A program made the position numbers and the translations under genes. Shown one piece after another: positions 1 to 12,234 of a stretch of DNA of 64,000 nucleotides. The notes beneath the pieces are model-generated. The model did no database searches and had not been told where the DNA came from. It saw nothing but the letters and a program-made list of their open reading frames with translations. Location: the NCBI RefSeq assembly GCF_006345805.1, contig NW_021832226.1, positions 434,001 to 498,000 on the forward strand. Reading direction: 5' to 3'. This DNA is from Octopus sinensis (taxonomy: Eukaryota). The first letter of the stretch is position 1; the number at the start of each line of letters is the position of its first letter.

Positions 1-400
1 AGAAATTTGTTCTGAAAATGTTAAGTTTGTTTTTTTAGCTTAGAGCTATCTTATAATTTATGAAATTGAAGAAAACATTTATTTCGTGTGCAGAATTAAA
101 AAAAATAAATCTTACCAAATCGATGGAAAACGTGATTTTTTTCATAAATATGTTATGGAAGTTGTAAAAACTGTTAATTTTACCAATTTTTTTATTGGAA
201 TTGCAGATTAATATTTATTTTTGTGTTGTTAAATGAATAAAGATTAAACGAACTTAAATTATTTCTGATGACAACTATTTTGAAACTATTGCATTGAAAT
301 AAATCTGAATGATTCACACATATACTTTAAACATACTTAATTTAAAAACTTTCATATTAATCCTAACCTTAGCGTGTATGAAATTTTTTATTGTGTACGG

Positions 401-3400
401 ATGGTTAGTTTACAAAATGGAATAACCATATCTATGGACGCATCTACTCAAAATAATAGTGAAAATTGTAATGGAAGAGTGGATTTAAATGTTCATGGTC
501 GTCCTTATTCCTCCGGAAATTCACTCACTGGACCTCCCCAGCAGATATCGACAAGTCTGCTACCTCTGAAAGCTTTGTGTGACTCTGTCAACTCTTCGAA
601 TCCTGGAGAATGGATGACTCAGCTCTTCGGGCTCGTCAAAGATCGGTTTAAGCGGATGCCTAGAGGAGGATGGCCTTTGACTGTGGATTACTTCAATCTG
701 AAGTTTGGGAAGAAGAAATCAATATCTGAACTAAAGAGGCTTATTGCTTTATTTAGAAATAATGCTTCAGTAAGAGATAACGCTAGGAATGATGCCTCCA
801 GCAACGATAAAGGTGGTACAAATTTAACCTTATATACTAAATGCTATGAAGAATTGTTGAGTCAGATAGAAGAAAATAGTTCACTACCTTTTGAAGAAAG
901 AATGCCTACTCCGAAAGTCCCTGCTCAATATATTAATCATCTGGTTATCGATTTGATTAACAGGGCTTTGATCCAATATACATCAGATAATCCTCCAAAA
1001 TCGATTAATGACATTTCTACTTTGATATATTCCTCACAATGTACTTATCATCGAATTACAATGAAAGAATTTTCACCATCAAACTGGGTGGACAATGTGA
1101 AAAGGAAGATTGAGTCTTTAACTGAAAATGAGTCTATCATTACAAAGTTTTTTACCTCAGCAGTAAGTGATGAGGAGAAGAAGAAAGCAACGGATATTCT
1201 TTGCTCTTTTAATTATAAAAAATTGAAAAGTGGTGAATTTGAAAGAATTTCGACAGCCATAAATGATAAAATTAAAAATCTCAATAAGAAAGTGAATATT
1301 TCTGATTCAAGAAGACAGTTCAGGAAGGATAACAGAAATTTTGAGTTGTATAGAAAATCCTTTTATAGAAGACTCAATTCTACCATCCAACATAATGTCT
1401 TGACACTGACCGTTGCTTGAAGTTTTGGACTAATGTATGGAAAAAAAGAGATATAAGTGAGTATCAATTGGGTGTGAATAGAAGAGTCACTGGTGCCGAA
1501 TATCTCGAACCTGATGTTAATGACACCTCAATTTTAAAGATCATCGAATTTCTCTCCAACTGGAAAGCTCCTGGCTGCGATGGAGTTTACAACTTCTTCA
1601 TCAAAAAATTGGACTCCCTGCATAAGTTTCTATTTGATGAGATCAGAAATATCATTATTGGAAGCAGTCAACCCCAGAGTTGGTTTTATACCGGAATAAC
1701 TTATCTTATTCCGAAAAAGGATAATTCCACTGAAGCCAGTGATTTCAGACCAATTACCTGTATGCCGTGCCTTTATAAACTCGTCACAAAGTGTGTAAAT
1801 GAGAAATTGCTGTACAGTCCGACCCCAAAATGGGCAGACCCCAGGGGTGGGGCACCCTCGGATTTTGGGGCACCCCCGCAATTTGGGGCACTTTATTCAA
1901 AAGTACATTTTGGCAGAAAAAAAATAAAAATCGATAAAAAATTATGGAATTTTTGGGGCACCATAAAATCATTTATAAGGAATTAAATAAAATTATAATA
2001 AATTAATTATTTTTTGTTTTATTTTCAATTTATTTTTATTGTTGTGGTTATGGATTACGAAACTAAATTGAAGATTGCTAAAGAAATTTTGAAGAAAAAT
2101 TTATCTGAGAGGCAACTAATGAAAAAGTACAACACAAGTAAAGGAACAATATCAAGAATAAAACGAAATATTGTACTTTTCTTGCAACACGGCAATACTA
2201 TTTCTGAGGAATATGACACATTTAAAGCCGATAAAGATAAATTTGATGATCAAGTCTTTGAAATATTTCAAAGACTACGCGTAGATAAAATTCCGATTTC
2301 AGGCCCTATTTTGAAAAAATTGCCTTAGTTACAGCTTCAAAATTGGATTTACTTCTTTTAAAGCTTCCAATGGGTGGCTTGATAGATTTAAATTGCGGCA
2401 TGAACTTCAATTCAAGTCAATATGTGGTGAAAAAGCTTCATGTGATTTATCTTATGTGAAAAATTATTTTGAAAAATATGACCAGAAAGTATTAAAATAT
2501 GGACCTGAGAATATATTTAATTGTGATGAACTGCGCTTTTTATAAAAAGAACTCCTCAAAAATCATTTGTGAACAAGGCGAACCGTGTTTTGGTTATAAA
2601 CAAGGGAAAGAAAGACTCACTGTTCTTCTATGCTGCAGTTTAATCGGGGAAAAACTTAATCCATTGATTATTGGAAAATATAAAAAAACCTCGGTGTCTA
2701 AAAAATTTTGATGTTCAAGATTTGGTTAATGCGAAGACATGAACAATAATGTTTATGATACATATTCAGAAACCGAAAATAGTGAAAATGTCGTAGCAAA
2801 AACAAAAGATCTGCTTAACAATTTAGAAGAAAAAATTTCTAATGTTGCACCAAGTATGCTCCGAGATTTTTTTGATTTTCGGCTGAATTGACGAACAATA
2901 TCAGACAAAACTCTACAAATAAAAGAAAATAACTGAATATTTTAGTAAAAATGTTTTTTGATGTTTATTAATGGTTTAATTTTTAAAAAAATAACAAACC
3001 CCTGTTTTTGGGGCACCCCGCATTTTGGGGCACTTGGTGCCCCATTTGGGGGTCGGACTGTATGTGGAAATATACAATCTAATCTCTGAGTGTCAACTTG
3101 GCACTAAGAGGCATTGTCAAGGTGCAAAGGAGCAAGCACTTATTAACTGTTGTGTGAACAGGTCACATGAGTATAAATTATTTTCTTCATGGGTAGACGT
3201 AAAAAAAGCCTTTGACTCAATCAATCACGAATTCCTTGCAGTGATTCTGAAAAACTCCGGGCTTCCTGAATGGATAACAAAGTTTGTAATGTCAATAATT
3301 CCAAATTGGAAGGTCTCCCTCAAATTAGGAAAGCAGCATCTAGGAATTGTTAAAATAGAACGTGGAATACTCCAAGGAGATTCCCTGTCTCCTCAGTTGT

Positions 3401-3860
3401 TTATTTTGACTTTGGATCCGTTGAGCAGATTGTTATCAGCTAAATACCCAAATTTATCAGTCAATACCGATCAAGAAAATTCAGTGTTTTTTTCTACGAA
3501 CCATTTTTTGTTCATTGATGATTTGAAACTCCTCGCCAAAGATGAGGTCACACTCGGGTGTATGATGAAAGACGTGGATTTATTTTTTAAAGCTTCGGGT
3601 TTGGAAAAGAATTGTGAGAAGTCGGCAACAAATAGTTGTTTATTGAGAAATGATGCCAAATTGCTAGATGGACTGGATAGTTACCGTTATTTGGGTGTAT
3701 TGGAAAATAAGTTTAGTCAGGTTGTTAAAGATGAAGTTTTGAAAAATTTACGGATTGAGGTTCAACAACGTATCGAAAGATTGTCGAATACGAAACTAAA
3801 TTCGGTGAATTTGTTTAAGGCAATTAATGAACATGCTTTATCTTTGTACAATTATTGGTA
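401..3860 (+). mobile_element. R4/Dong-like (RLE-class) non-LTR retrotransposon, N-terminus plus RT. One frameshift near 1400, interrupted by the pogo element at 1815-3060, 3'-truncated.
   Basis: RT motifs KAPGCDG, FRPITC, KRHCQGAKEQ, WVDVKKAFDS, RGILQGDSLSP and LFIDDLKL. Removing 1815-3060 plus one TA restores NEKLL-YVEIYNL in frame. Confidence 0.9.
1815..3060 (+). mobile_element. pogo/Tigger-like DNA transposon, internally deleted and inactive
   Basis: TIRs CAGTCCGACCCCAAAATGGG / CCCATTTGGGGGTCGGACTG. TA target duplication at 1813-1814 and 3061-3062. HTH-psq/CENP-B region (FKASNGWL) and partial DDE (IFNCDE, KERLTVLLCC). Confidence 0.93.
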
Positions 3861-3869
3861 CTTTTGCAT

Positions 3870-4610
3870 TTCATCCTGCACGAAAATAGTCACTAAATGA
3901 ATTAATGAAAATGTTTGCAAATGTGAATTCACCTGAAAATAAAGAAAAAAGAATATATTATTTGGATTGCTTGTTTAAAGCAAGGTCTGCTGGAAGAACT
4001 TTAATTTGGATCGATGAATCCAATTTTAATTTATATTGTAAAAGAAAAGAAGGACGATCAAAAACTCGTTCTTTTGTCATTACTCCAAATTCGAGAGACT
4101 CTAACTTACATTGCATAAGTGCAATGTCTGCTCCAACATTGTTTAATTTTCAATGCAAAAGAGGTTCTTACAGAGGAGAAGATTGTAAAAAATGGATGAA
4201 AGAGTTAATTAATGAATGCAGGTCTTCAGGCGTACAAGATCCCACTTTTATAATTGACAATGCTCCTGTTCACAATCAATTGGAATCAGTTGTTGATCAA
4301 GAAGAAAATATTGAACTTTTACGATTGGCTCCATATTCCTACTTATTAAACCCAATTGAATTAGCCTGGAGTACTTTCAAAGCAGAAGTAAAAAAAATGC
4401 TAAGAGAAAAGATGCCAATAATTCTCAATTATAAAAAAACTTCGGATGGTTCTTCAATTTCTGAATATAGGCTAAAAATGTTGGAAGAAATCGCAGGAGA
4501 GGCAAAAAAGGTTTTAACACCACAAAAATTAATGGGATTTGTTAACCGGGTTGAAAGGTATTATCCCCGAGTTACTCGTGGTGAAGACCTTTTTGATTTT
4601 TAATTTAACA
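3870..4610 (+). mobile_element. IS630/Tc1-mariner superfamily transposase, catalytic part, 5'-truncated
   Basis: ORF 3905-4603 with WIDESNF, IIDNAPVH and PYSYLLNPIELAWS. No TIRs seen. Confidence 0.85.
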
Positions 4611-4619
4611 AATAAAATT

Positions 4620-7195
4620 TCAGCAAAGGAGAATTACAGATAGGATTTCAGCAATCCAAGTACAAATCGGCGGTAAAGGCAGGCCCAATGCAGTCGCAAC
4701 GGTCATTAACGTATACGCCCCGCATAGTTGCAGAATCGTCAACGCTCCTGAAGAAATCGATGAATTCTATGAGGTACTGACCCGGACATACCTATCCTTA
4801 CAATCGTCCACCTTCCTGCTCGTCGTCGGCGACTGGAACGCCAAGGCTGGTATCCGTCGAGGCACTGAAACTTTTATTGGACGGCACGGAAAGAGGATAT
4901 AGAAACCTCCCAGGAGCCCTTGGCTAATTTCTGTAAACACTCGGGCTATTCCTATGCAACACGGCCTTTGATCACCCTGCTCGGCACAAGTCTACCTGGA
5001 CTGGCAGGAGACGTGGTGAAGACGGGAACTATGTGCCGATCTACAACCAAATTGACTACATTGTGTGTCGCCAAAGAGACACATGGCTTCTACAAGACTC
5101 TCGTCTTATGGGCTCGGCTCGTCGTGACAGTGACCACAAGATAGTCATCGGCAGATTCAATCTGAAGAAATTATTTATGCCTTCAGCCGCTTGGAAGGTA
5201 ATGTCAGCCAACATTCACTCGGCGGCAAATAAATATGTTGGAAAGCAGCCAAAAAATACGCACTCTATCGGGCTGTGTCACCCGGATGCTCTTGCCTTGT
5301 CAGTTGTGCAAAAGGAGCTTAAGCTGAGGACTGAGAACACCAAAGATATGGATACCAAACTCGCACTGAAAGGCCGGCGTGCTGCCATCCAAAAACAAAT
5401 AAAGACCCTAAACCTCCAATATGGCGGGATATCCTGGCTTCCCGTCTTGGAGAACTGGAAACCCTCAAAGATAATGCACGCACGTTTATGGCTTTACGGT
5501 TGCTTAAGAGAAGAAAAACCGCCCCAAACTTCGACTCCAAACCGTAATGAGTTCAAATATCTGACCCGGGAGAACGGGGAGTCATTGCGGACTATTTTGA
5601 ACAACGATTTAACGCTAACACCGAACAAATCTCGCCTTTCTCTGGCCCAGCACGACGACTGAAGAATACAATCTCCTTGAAGGAAGTTACAAAGGCTGTT
5701 AGCAGGCTCAAGAATAACCGAGCTGCGGGACCGGACAACATTAATGCGGAGCTGCTGAAATACGGGCCCGAATCTCTTCTATGCATCCTCAACGATATGT
5801 TTGCTACAAATGACTCACTCCCGCTGGGCTCTGGAGTTCTCATCCCTATTCAAAAGCCGAACAAACCTCTTGGTCCAGTAGAAAATCTCCGCCCAGTCAT
5901 TTTGTTAAACTCCCTGAGGAAGGTCCTCTCGCTGATCGTGCTGGATCGTATTGGAGACAAAGTCAATGACTTTCTGTCACTGAGTCACAGTGGATTCAGA
6001 GAAGAACGTTCAACCGCAGATGTTCTTTGGGGCCACCGATGGCGGTGTGCAACCCACCAAAGATACAAAAGTGCCACGAGAATCCTGGGTATCGATATGT
6101 CAAGAGCTTTTGATTCCATCCATCGCGATCTCCTCATGAGGGTTCTACGGAGTTTCTTAGATGAAGATGCTATCAGAATGATACAGGTCTTATTGGCAAA
6201 AACGGACCTCACTGTTCGCCTTGGGACAACGTCGTCCAGATCCTTCCAACAAATGTGGGAACCCCCCAAGGAGACTCTCTCTCGCCTCTGTTATTTGTGA
6301 TCTACCTTGAGGCTGCTTTACGAGAGCTGAGAGGTCTATATGACAAGTCAATAACTGAAGTGATTTACGCTGACGACGTCGACTTTGTGTCCACTGACAA
6401 ATCCGCCATACTCAGACTATTGGAGATTGCACCGGATAAACTTGGAGAATGGTTCTTAATCATGAACACGGACAAGACTGACGTGGTCGATGTATCACGC
6501 TCGATACCCAAACCATGGAAAAATGGAGACTTTCGAAGAAGCTTGGCTCTCTGCTTGGAGACCGAGAAGACATCATGTGGAGAAAGCTACTGGCCGCTGT
6601 TGCTCTAAAATCTGTCATGAAAGATTGGCTACGATATTGTCCCGGGAACCCATCACTACGCTCTAGAATCTACAACGCTTTTGTCAAACCGGTACTACTG
6701 TACAACTCATCTACATGGGGCATCTCTGACACCGAACTAAAGAATCTTGACTCGTTTCACAGAAAATAGCTTCGCGTCCTAAATGGCCTGCATTGGCCGA
6801 AGAAAATTAACAACTCATCGCTCTACAAACTCAGTAACTCAGTGCCAGTCAGCCAGGACATCATAGATGGCCGCTGGAGGCTCTTCGGACACGTCCGAGA
6901 ATGGACCCGTCCTCACCTGCTTACCAAGCCATGGAAGAGTACTTCCTCTCGGATAGCCCAAAGTTTCGCGGACGTCCCCGCACAACACTGCCGGTTGCGC
7001 TGGAACACGATCTGAAACACGTGGGCAAAACCTTGAAACAATGCGAGGACTTGGACGAACTGCGATGGCTTGCACAAAACCGCAGAGGATGCCAAACGAT
7101 GGTTAAGAAGATTGTATCGTGTGTGGCACGTGTGGGGATATAACTCTTTCCTTTCCTTGTTTATGTTCCTAGGGGAAGTGCTAATAATAATAATA
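4620..7195 (+). mobile_element. RTE-clade non-LTR retrotransposon (APE remnant, RT, C-terminus), frameshifted, with (TAA)n tail
   Basis: APE motifs INVYAP, VGDWNAK and DSDHK. RT motifs AAGPDNI, GIDMSRAFD, GTPQGDSLSP and YADDVD. RTE-type C-terminus KLGSLLG, PVLLYNSSTW, RGRPRTT. TAATAATAATAATA at 7182-7195. Confidence 0.9.
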
Positions 7196-7209
7196 TAGAT
7201 CAGTCTATT

Positions 7210-8667
7210 GACAAAATCGAGTGATGCAAATTTTTGAGTGCAAGAAAAGTGGCAGTTTGGTATAGCATTTGTTGAAGATTTATGCGTGTTAATGGTTCCA
7301 TAGCCTTTGATCTGTTTTCATTTATTTTCTGCCAGCAATTAATTATCGTTGTCTCTGACATCATTTTCCATGCCTCCCCGACAACTGTAATGACTTGTCT
7401 AAATTGACATTATTCAAATTCAAATCAGAAAGCTGTTCTTTTTCAAATAAGAGTAAAATCAATCAGTTTATTAAAATAGAGGGACTTGAAGGATTTTATT
7501 ATTCCCATATCTAGGGGTTGAATTAAAGCGGTCGTATTTTGGGAAGAAAAAGTAAATAAACATTGGAATATTCTGATTTCTGTGACAGCTCGCATTATCC
7601 AGTATTAAGACAATTTTTCTCTTTTCATTGATCATATCTTGATTTACTTTCCATAACCATTTCCCAAAAATATCACTAGTCATCCACGAATTTTTTGATG
7701 CAGCATATAGTACTCCGTGATCCTCAGCGTTAAAATTTTTTAAACACCAGGAGATTTGAATTTTCCAATTAATAGAGGTTTTAACTTTTCACCAAGTGCA
7801 TTACAACAAAGGAGAAGGGTAACTTTCTCTTTGCTCATTTTAATTCCATTGCATTTGTCATTAAATTGAACAAAAGATTTCGACGGCGTTCGCTTTATGT
7901 ATAAAGCTGTTTCATCACAGTTAAAAATATTTTCACTTCCTACAGTTCCAAACAGTTGTCATAATCAGCAAAAAAATTGGAAACCGTAGAAAGGTCAGAT
8001 GAATTCTTTTCTCCACTTATAGTTTTAAATAGCAACTCGTGTCTTTTCTTGAACCGGTCTAGCCATCCATTTGATGCCTTAAATGATTCATAATTTATCT
8101 TTTTAGAATAATTTTTTTGCAATCAGTTTAAGATAGTTCCAGAAATTGGAAGAAATTCATCTCTCAGACGTAGAAAAGTTTCAAAAACTAATCTATCTAA
8201 TTCATTATTTGGATCATGTGATTCCTTGATTCTATCGGATTCAGTTAATCCCGCGTCAAAAAATAAACAAAATTGTTTAATGCGAGAAATAGTACCTGTA
8301 ATTAATAATTAGTTAAAAAGATACCTTTGCTCGTTTTATACTTTTTAGCAAGATCTCTTTCTGAAAATTGACCATGTTTTATATCTTTAGCGATTTTATT
8401 TTTGTTTCATAATTAATCTTTGAATTCTTTTTACGAACCATACTAAAGTCAAAATAAACACGTGAAATAATAGTATTAATTAATAATTAATAATAAACTA
8501 ACATTTTGTAATTAAATAAATTAAATAAGTGCCCCAAACCGGGGTCATCAAAAATAAATAATAGAATGAAAAATTTACTGTTTCAAAAACTGCCCCTAAA
8601 ACGGGGGTGCCCCAGAACCCGAGGGTGCCCCCACCCATGGGGTCTGCCCCAAACCGGGGTCGTACTG
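7210..8667 (-). mobile_element. pogo/Tigger-like transposon, decayed, one TIR
   Basis: Terminal CAGTACGACCCCGGTTTGGGGCAGACCCC plus TA at 8668-8669, related to the 1815 TIR. Minus-strand peptides FKASNGWLDRFKKRH, LILDNASCH and AWKMMSETTIINCW. Confidence 0.88.
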
Positions 8668-8717
8668 TAATAATAAAATTTGTTCTGGTTCCCATAATAT
8701 GATTACAATTAGTAATA

Positions 8718-9336
8718 CACCCCTCGACATTAAAATCCGAACACTTAATTTTTAGCAAATTTTTAATCATTTTTAATAAAAGAATTTATTTGAGCTTCTT
8801 TATTTGTATTATTTTAATTATTTATATTTTAAATATATATTCGAAGATATAATTTTCAAATTAAAGCAGAAACGTGTTTTCTAGTGACAAAAAATTCCGA
8901 ACGGATTTTGTTCAACTCTCAGAATACAATTTTTATTAGACAGAAATGAATATTTCAAAAAAGGACAAATTATATCTTTATATATAATCAAAATTTCTCC
9001 TATAAAATGATTTCGGACATCGTAAATATACCGAAGACAACTGTTTGGGACTTTGTTAAAAAATATCTAAAAACCGAGATTACGTGCAGAAAGGCTGGAT
9101 CTGGAAGGCCACCCAAGTTCAGTCAAGATGAAATTAGGATTCTTTATTCGTTCGGTTTTTTTGTCATGAAATTTCCGTGTTTTTGCTTTATTCTTTAAAA
9201 TTATATGTTTGAATATATATTTAAATATATAAATAGTTAAAATAATACAAATAAAGAAGCTCAAATAAATTCTTTTATTAAAAATGATTAAAAATTTGCT
9301 AAAAATTAAGTGTTCGGATTTTAATGTCGAGGGGTG
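8718..9336 (+). mobile_element. Internally deleted Tc1-like element / MITE with long TIRs
   Basis: About 150-bp inverted repeats starting CACCCCTCGACATTAAAATCCGAACA, TA on both sides. Internal paired-HTH remnant IPKTTVWDFVKK...GSGRPPK. Confidence 0.9.
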
Positions 9337-9394
9337 TACAATATTTTGATAAAATGCAAACTTGAATTTCAAAATTGTAAATTTAAGTTTTGCA

Positions 9395-9570
9395 GATGAC
9401 ATTTGAAGTTTATAATTGACAAATTGAATTATTCAGATGACGTTTGAAGTTTATTATTGACAAATTGAATTATCCAGATGACATTTGAAATTTATAATTG
9501 ACAAATTGATTTTTTCAGATGACATTTGAAATTATAATTGACAAATTGATTTTTTCAGATGACATTTGAA
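9395..9570. repeat. About 40-bp minisatellite (CAGATGACATTTGAAATTTATAATTGACAAATTGATTTTTT), about 5 units
   Basis: Direct tandem units visible. The same unit recurs at about 11770-11805 and 12118-12200. Confidence 0.9.
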
Positions 9571-9578
9571 ATTTTTTT

Positions 9579-10058
9579 TTGAATAAAAATAATATATACA
9601 ACAACGAGGTTAGTATCAAAAATTTGATGGCTAACGTAATAGAGGCGACGACATTAACAGGTAAGTATAGAGGGAGGATGTTATATCCACGAATTCCGAT
9701 AATTTCTGATGAATCACCATTTAGATTTAAAAGGCTGCAATTTCCTTTGAGGATGAGTTTTGCAATGACAATAAACAAGGCCCAGGGACAGTCATTAAAG
9801 GTAGTTGGGTTATTTTAGAGAGTGAGTGCTTTTCACATGGACAGCTGTATGTGGGATGCTCGAGGGTAGGCAGAAGAGAAAATTTATTCATATATGCCAA
9901 GGAAGGACGGACGACAAACATCTTTTATCAACAGGCGATAGAATATGGTTACATTAAACCAGGTAGTTTTATACATCTACATAAACTTATAGTTGTTTGA
10001 TGAAACAGGCCCTCCGCAGGAGCTAGGTCGCGGTGAGAGAAGCGAGCTGCCGAGCTAG
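9579..10058 (+). mobile_element. Helitron 3' fragment (PIF1-like helicase C-terminus and terminus)
   Basis: RLQFPLRMSFAMTINKAQGQSL followed by frameshifted HGQLYVGCSRV. GC-rich imperfect hairpin, then CTAG|T at 10055-10059. Confidence 0.85.
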
Positions 10059-10069
10059 TAAAAAATATT

Positions 10070-10490
10070 AGGAAAAAAGAGGCATACAGAAAATAATTCT
10101 ATCTTTACGAAAAACTTCTTTTCTTAGGTCGTCTTCCCTCCTTCGGTTATCTATTGAAAAAATTATTTTTGAATAATAAAAAGTTTAGGAAAAGAGGCAT
10201 ACCGAAAATAAATTCTATCTTTACGAAAAACTAACTAAATAGTTAAGATTTTTACGCAAATTCTTCTGATGGCGCTGTCAATTGGTGGTAAATTGTATTA
10301 ATGATTGTGCTATGTGGTTTCAACTATCAAAGTGTTTTTCAAAATCTGTTAATTGCACACTCTATTCAAGGTCGTGCGTCAATTGGTGGTAAATTGTGTT
10401 AATGATTGTGCTAATGTGGTTTCAACTATCAAAGTGGTTTTTCAAAATCTGTTAATTGCACACTCTATTCAAAGTCGTGCAATCTGTAAT
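10070..10490. repeat. Two local duplications (about 45 bp x2 and about 100 bp x2)
   Basis: GGAAAAAGAGGCATAC..AAAATA.ATTCTATCTTTACGAAAAACT twice; CAATTGGTGGTAAATTG...GTCGTGC twice. Confidence 0.85.
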
Positions 10491-10694
10491 TGCACATTCT
10501 GTCAAAGTCAAATATGATAATAGCTTTAATTTTGATTCATGTCGAGAATGGTATATGCATTTATTTTAAAGAGAAAAACATAGGATGAATTGAATTTCTT
10601 TCTCGCGAATAATTAGGAGTTCATCAGTGTTAATATTCTCGCTGTCGTTTTCATCAAAGATATTCTTAATACGTAAGATTTTTGCCTCGAAGGT

Positions 10695-11463
10695 TTAATG
10701 GACCTCATCATGAATGTCGAGGACATTAACGTTGTTCATTTTAATCAAATGCAGAAAATATTTTTGATTTTTTGGCGGGAAGGTTTCAAGGACCTCATCA
10801 TGTAAATCGAGGACATCGTAGTTGTTCATTTTAACCAAAATGCAGAAATTTTTTTTTAATTTTTTTTGGGGAGAAGGTTTTAAGGACCCCATCATGTAAG
10901 TCGAGGACATTGTAGTTGTTCATTTTAACCAAACTGCAGAAAATTTTTTTTTATTTTTTTTGGGGGGGAGGTTTTAAGGACTTCATCATGTAAGTTGAGG
11001 ACATTGTAGTTGTTCATTTTAACAAAATGCAGAAATTTTTTTTTAATTTTTTTTGGGGGGGAAGGTTTTAAGGACTTCATCATGTAAGTCGAGGACATTG
11101 TAGTTGTTCATTTTAACCAAAATGCAGAAAATTTTTTTTTAATTTTTTTGGGGGGGAAGGTTTTAGGACTTCATCATGTAAGTCGAGGACATTGTAGTTG
11201 TTCATTTTACCAAAATGCAGAAATTTTTTTTTAATTTTTTTTGGGGAGAAGGTTTTAAGGACCCCATCATGTAAGTCGAGGACATGTAGTTGTTCATTTT
11301 AACCAACTGCAAAAAATTTTTTTTAATTTTTTTTGGGGGGGAAGGTTTTAAGGACCTCATCATGTAAGTCGAGGACATCGTATTGCCAATTTGAAGTTGG
11401 TGTGCACACACAGACAGACAGACAGACAGGACAGACACACACCTACCATTTTATTATTAAGAC
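10695..11463. repeat. Minisatellite of roughly 90-bp units (about 7-8 copies) ending in a (GACA)n microsatellite; architecture like non-autonomous Helitron-type elements
   Basis: Unit GAAGGTTTTAAGGACCTCATCATGTAAGTCGAGGACATTGTAGTTGTTCATTTTAACC... repeated, then CAGACAGACAGACAG and TTATTATTAAGA. The repeat is certain; the Helitron assignment is inference. Confidence 0.75.
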
Positions 11464-11579
11464 TACAAGTAATCGGGAACGCGCGGGAACGCGCAAGCAA
11501 TCCGTTCGGCTGGGTTAATTTAGTTAACTGACAATTGTTTTGTTATTTATAAACCTAAAGATTCAAAAAAAAACTACAA

Positions 11580-11768
11580 GTTAATTAATTAAAAGCTTCA
11601 TGGGCGGGAAGCCGACGCAATCGAGAAAGAATTAGAGCGTACTATCGCAAGGGATATCCGCTCGAAAAACCATCTCGATTCGCGGGCGTCGCCTGTGATA
11701 GCAGACATGCGGGACCCGATCTCCTGAACGAAGCTGATTGCCTTACTGCCCAAGGAACCGGAAGTCTC
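11580..11768 (-). mobile_element. CRE-like non-LTR 3' tail
   Basis: Minus-strand translation GSLGSKAISFVQEIGSRMSAITGDARESRWFFERISLAIVRSNSFSI, matching the C-terminal pattern of the other CRE copies. Confidence 0.8.
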
Positions 11769-11805
11769 AATTTGAAATTTATAATTAACAAATTAATTTT
11801 ATAAT

Positions 11806-12101
11806 TACGCATGTGCGCTGGCAGAAGAAAGGAAGTTGACGAAGTACGCTGTGCTTCCGAACGTCGTTGAGTTTGTCCCCCTAGCCTTTGAGACCTCCGG
11901 TGTGGTTGGAAAGAAGTAGAAAATCTGTTACGGGGTGGGAGGAAGAATCTCACAGAATACAAAGACCGGAGGGAGACGAGTGGCTTTTCCAGCGCATCTC
12001 GGTTGCAATTCTTCGCGGGAACTGCCTCTCTATCCGCAGTGCTCGTCGTCGGACTAACCCTCAAGTTCACGACATTAATTCTCTATTAATTAATTTGACT
12101 G
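11806..12101 (+). mobile_element. CRE-like non-LTR 3' fragment lacking poly-A
   Basis: AEERKLTKY...FVPLAFETSG...QRISVAILRGN. Nearly identical to 33350-33650. Confidence 0.9.
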
Positions 12102-12234
12102 ATTTTAAAATTTTCAATTAATTTTTTCAGATGACATTTGAAATTTATAATTGACAAATTGATTTTTTCAGATGACATTTGAAGTTTGTAATTGTAAATT
12201 TGGGGTTCATTTTTGACAAATTGACTTGAAAATG

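Noticed and set aside
5319-7095. Multiple antisense ORFs over the RTE (and similar ones over other LINE/CRE copies)
   Set aside because: Shadow frames of GC-richer retroelement sequence.
9395-9570. CRISPR-like 40-bp repeats
   Set aside because: No spacers; this is a simple minisatellite.
10695-11380. CRISPR-like array
   Set aside because: Units are contiguous near-identical tandem repeats without unique spacers, there are no cas genes, and the context is eukaryotic.
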